A stretch of DNA of 32,000 nt from Isorropodon fossajaponicum endosymbiont JTNG4 (GTDB taxonomy: Bacteria; Pseudomonadota; Gammaproteobacteria; PS1; Pseudothioglobaceae). This document shows, one piece after another, positions 29,287 to 32,000 of the stretch. Made by a program: the position numbers and the translations under genes. Under the pieces are notes generated by a model. That model was not told the origin of the DNA, did not search any database, and worked only from the letters and a program-made list of their open reading frames with translations. Each line of letters starts with the position of its first letter. The stretch's first letter is position 1. The stretch lies in NCBI RefSeq assembly GCF_016592615.1, contig NZ_AP013043.1:1080001-1112000 (forward strand). The letters are read 5' to 3'.

Positions 29287-31215
29287 ATGTCAAAGATTAT
29301 TGGTATTGACTTAGGCACAACCAATTCATGCGTAGCCATTATGGATGGTGGCAGTGTTAAAATTATTGAAAATTCTGAGGGTGATCGCACCACACCATCC
29401 ATTATTGCTTATCCAAAAGATTCTGAGGAAGTTTTAGTTGGTCAACCAGCAAAACGTCAGGCAGTCACTAATCCTGAAAATACGCTATACGCAATTAAAC
29501 GCTTAATCGGTCGTCGTTTTGACGAAGATGCAGTACAAAAAGACATCAACCTTGTGCCTTATAAAATTGTCAAAGCTGACAATGGTGATGCTTGGGTTGA
29601 GGTTAAAGGCAAAAAAATGGCTGCGCCTGAAATTTCAGCAAAAGTCATTGGTAAAATGAAAAAAACTGCTGAAGATTATCTAGGCGAAGAAGTCACCGAA
29701 GCGGTCATTACAGTTCCCGCTTACTTTAACGACTCACAACGCCAAGCAACTAAAGATGCTGGAAAAATTGCAGGTCTTAATGTTAAGCGCATTATCAATG
29801 AGCCAACTGCAGCAGCACTGGCTTATGGCGTTGACAAAGTTAAAGGTGATAAAACTGTTGCTGTTTATGACTTAGGTGGTGGTACATTTGACGTATCTAT
29901 CATTGAAATGGAAGACATCGATGGTGAAAAGCACTTTGAAGTACTCTCTACCAATGGTGATACTTTCCTAGGTGGCGAAGATTTTGATCAACGTATTATT
30001 GGCTATTTAGTGGATGAATTCAAAAAAGACCAAGGTGTTGATTTAACTAATGACCCCATGGCGCTGCAGCGCTTAAAGGAAGCAGCTGAAAAAGCCAAGA
30101 TTGAATTGTCTTCTTCTGAACAAACTGACGTCAACTTGCCTTACGTGACTGCAGATGCATCAGGTCCTAAGCACCTTAACATTAAAATCACTCGTGCTAA
30201 GTTAGAATCACTAGTTGAAGACCTACTCAAACGTACTATTGAACCATGTAAAACTGCACTTAAAGATGCAGATTTATCTGCAAGTGATATTGATGAAGTT
30301 ATCTTAGTAGGTGGTCAAACACGTATGCCTAAAGTAACAAAAATGGTGCAAGACTTCTTTGGTAAAGAACCTAAAAAAGATGTCAACCCTGACGAAGCAG
30401 TAGCGATGGGTGCTGCAATTCAAGCAGGTGTATTAAGTGGTGATGTTAAAGACGTATTGTTATTAGATGTAACGCCATTATCTTTAGGCATTGAAACCAT
30501 GGGTGGTATTATGACTAAATTAATTGAGAAAAACACAACCATCCCCACCAATGCAAGCCAAATTTTTTCAACCGCAGCTGACAATCAATCCGCAGTAACT
30601 GTACATGTGTTACAAGGTGAACGTGATATAGCTAGTGCCAATAAATCATTAGGTCAATTCAACCTTGAAAACATCCCCAATGCACCCAAAGGCCAGCCTC
30701 AAGTTGAAGTGACATTTGACATTGATTCTGATGGCATCTTGGATGTCTCTGCCAAAGACAAAAATACTGGTAAAGAGCAATCAATCACCATTAAAGCCTC
30801 ATCTGGCTTGAGTGATGAGGAAGTTGAAAAAATGATCAAAGATGCTGAAGCACATGCTGATGAGGATAAAAAATTCCAAGAATTAGTCACCAGTAAGAAC
30901 ATGGCAGATTCCTTGATACACTCAACCAAGCAAACTCTAGAAGAGCTAAAAGATGAAGTTTCTGATGATGAAAAATCAGCGATTGAAATGGCCATTACCG
31001 AGCTTGAAAAAGCCGTTAAAGACGATGATAAAGAAGCCATTGATGCCAAGGTTCAAACTTTAAGTGAAAAAGCACAACCATTAGCTGAAAAAGCACAACC
31101 ATTAGCTGAAAAAGCACAAGCCAAAGCAGGTGCTGAAAATACCTCGCAAAAAGAGTCAAACGCTGATGACGATGTGGTTGATGCTGACTTTGAAGAGGTT
31201 AAAGACGATAAATAA
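29287..31215 (+). CDS. dnaK: molecular chaperone DnaK (Hsp70)
   Basis: 642 aa with [25 protein letters not shown] and an acidic C-terminus. Confidence 0.99.
   Translation: MSKIIGIDLGTTNSCVAIMDGGSVKIIENSEGDRTTPSIIAYPKDSEEVLVGQPAKRQAVTNPENTLYAIKRLIGRRFDEDAVQKDINLVPYKIVKADNGDAWVEVKGKKMAAPEISAKVIGKMKKTAEDYLGEEVTEAVITVPAYFNDSQRQATKDAGKIAGLNVKRIINEPTAAALAYGVDKVKGDKTVAVYDLGGGTFDVSIIEMEDIDGEKHFEVLSTNGDTFLGGEDFDQRIIGYLVDEFKKDQGVDLTNDPMALQRLKEAAEKAKIELSSSEQTDVNLPYVTADASGPKHLNIKITRAKLESLVEDLLKRTIEPCKTALKDADLSASDIDEVILVGGQTRMPKVTKMVQDFFGKEPKKDVNPDEAVAMGAAIQAGVLSGDVKDVLLLDVTPLSLGIETMGGIMTKLIEKNTTIPTNASQIFSTAADNQSAVTVHVLQGERDIASANKSLGQFNLENIPNAPKGQPQVEVTFDIDSDGILDVSAKDKNTGKEQSITIKASSGLSDEEVEKMIKDAEAHADEDKKFQELVTSKNMADSLIHSTKQTLEELKDEVSDDEKSAIEMAITELEKAVKDDDKEAIDAKVQTLSEKAQPLAEKAQPLAEKAQAKAGAENTSQKESNADDDVVDADFEEVKDDK
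31066..31122 (+). repeat. 21-bp in-frame tandem repeat x2.7 in the dnaK lid/tail region (EKAQPLA x2 + EKAQA)
   Basis: GAAAAAGCACAACCATTAGCT at 31066-31086 and 31087-31107, then GAAAAAGCACAAGCC. Confidence 0.9.
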
Positions 31216-31236
31216 AAGGTTAAAAACCTAACTACT

Positions 31237-31276
31237 AAAACCTTCCTTAAGAGATAGCACTTGAGGAGGGTTTTTT
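31237..31276 (+). terminator. possible attenuating hairpin between dnaK and dnaJ
   Basis: AAACCTTCC pairs with GGAGGGTTT (one G-U pair) around an 18-nt loop, followed by T6. The large loop makes it weak. Confidence 0.3.
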
Positions 31277-31293
31277 AATAATAAGGCAAAAAC

Positions 31294-32000
31294 ATGTCAC
31301 AAAGAGATTATTACGAAGTACTAGGTGTTGCAAAAAATGCAGATACTAAGCAAATTAAAAAAGCTTACAAACGTCTAGCAATGAAACACCACCCTGATCG
31401 CGTTAAAGACGACAAGGCATCGGCTGAAAAAAAATTTAAAGAAATTCAAAAAGCTTATGCCATTTTGTCTGACGCTCAAAAACGTCAAGCCTATGACCAA
31501 TTTGGTCATGCAGGTGTCAACGGAAATGCGAGTGTTGGCGGTGGCGACCCATTCGGTGGTGGTGGTTTCGGTGATATTTTTGGTGATATTTTTGGTAGTG
31601 GTTCTCAACAACCCAACAATCGTGGCTCAGATTTACGTTATGATTTAGAAATTGGTTTAAAAGAAGCAGCGCAAGGCACTACTGTTAAAGTTCGCATTCC
31701 AAAAAACGAAACTTGCAATACCTGCTCAGGCACTGGTGCAAAACCCGGCACTAGTGTTAAAACCTGCTCAACTTGTGGTGGCGCAGGGCAGGTGCAAATA
31801 CAACAAGGATTTTTCACCGTGCAACGCCCTTGTAGCACTTGCTCTGGCACAGGCCAAAGAATTGAATCCCCTTGTAGCACTTGCCGTGGACAAGGTGTGG
31901 TACGTAAGCAAAAAACACTATCAGTCAAAATCCCTGCAGGCGTGGATACAGGCAATCGAATTCGTTTGAGCGGCGAAGGCGAAGCAGGCACTAGAGGTAG
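31294..32000 (+). CDS. dnaJ: molecular chaperone DnaJ, 3' end outside window
   Basis: Not in the ORF track because there is no stop inside the window. Hand translation: [36 protein letters not shown] (J domain, HPD), a G/F-rich region, and four CxxCxGxG zinc-finger repeats ([32 protein letters not shown]). Confidence 0.95.
   Translation, partial: MSQRDYYEVLGVAKNADTKQIKKAYKRLAMKHHPDRVKDDKASAEKKFKEIQKAYAILSDAQKRQAYDQFGHAGVNGNASVGGGDPFGGGGFGDIFGDIFGSGSQQPNNRGSDLRYDLEIGLKEAAQGTTVKVRIPKNETCNTCSGTGAKPGTSVKTCSTCGGAGQVQIQQGFFTVQRPCSTCSGTGQRIESPCSTCRGQGVVRKQKTLSVKIPAGVDTGNRIRLSGEGEAGTRG

Noticed and set aside
31375-31991. ORFs 31375..31611(-), 31457..31648(+), 31638..31991(-), 31736..31969(+)
   Set aside because: All overlap the clearly recognisable dnaJ reading frame (J domain, G/F region, four CxxCxGxG repeats), which the ORF track omits only because it has no stop in the window.

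Overview
AT-rich bacterial chromosome segment with gammaproteobacterial-type housekeeping genes; the taxon cannot be established from the sequence alone. Core genes are acnB, rpmB-rpmG, tRNA-Ser(UGA), pyrC-anmK-secA, petABC-sspAB, bioD, pyrD, leuS, rnd-ppa-rsmD-coaD and dnaK-dnaJ. Two accessory patches interrupt them. Patch 1 (about 2.9-10.3 kb) starts with a 4.7-kb integrated element in the 3' end of tRNA-Ser, bounded by 18-bp direct repeats and heavily decayed. It carries a truncated tyrosine integrase fused by deletion to a frameshifted cI/LexA-like repressor, 21-bp iteron-like repeats with a Rep_3-like initiator, a frameshifted Dam-type methyltransferase, and a YagK/YfjJ-like protein with a perfect in-frame 36-bp x3 repeat. 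It is followed by mazEF, a 1301-bp IS3-family element and a frameshifted XRE regulator. Patch 2 (about 23.5-26.5 kb) holds a truncated PrsW-like gene, the remnant of a second IS3-family (IS407-like) element, an inverted second copy of the 1301-bp IS, and a perfect (AAACAACAG)x10 repeat upstream of rnd. The two IS copies are inverted and bracket 15.1 kb of essential genes. Both copies carry the same in-frame TGA in orfB. I found no rRNA, no CRISPR array and no intact defence or secretion system. The most interesting object is the decayed tRNA-Ser element, whose int-cI / rep layout resembles a phage satellite or integrative plasmid. All family assignments rest on motif recognition by eye and need HMM or BLAST confirmation.
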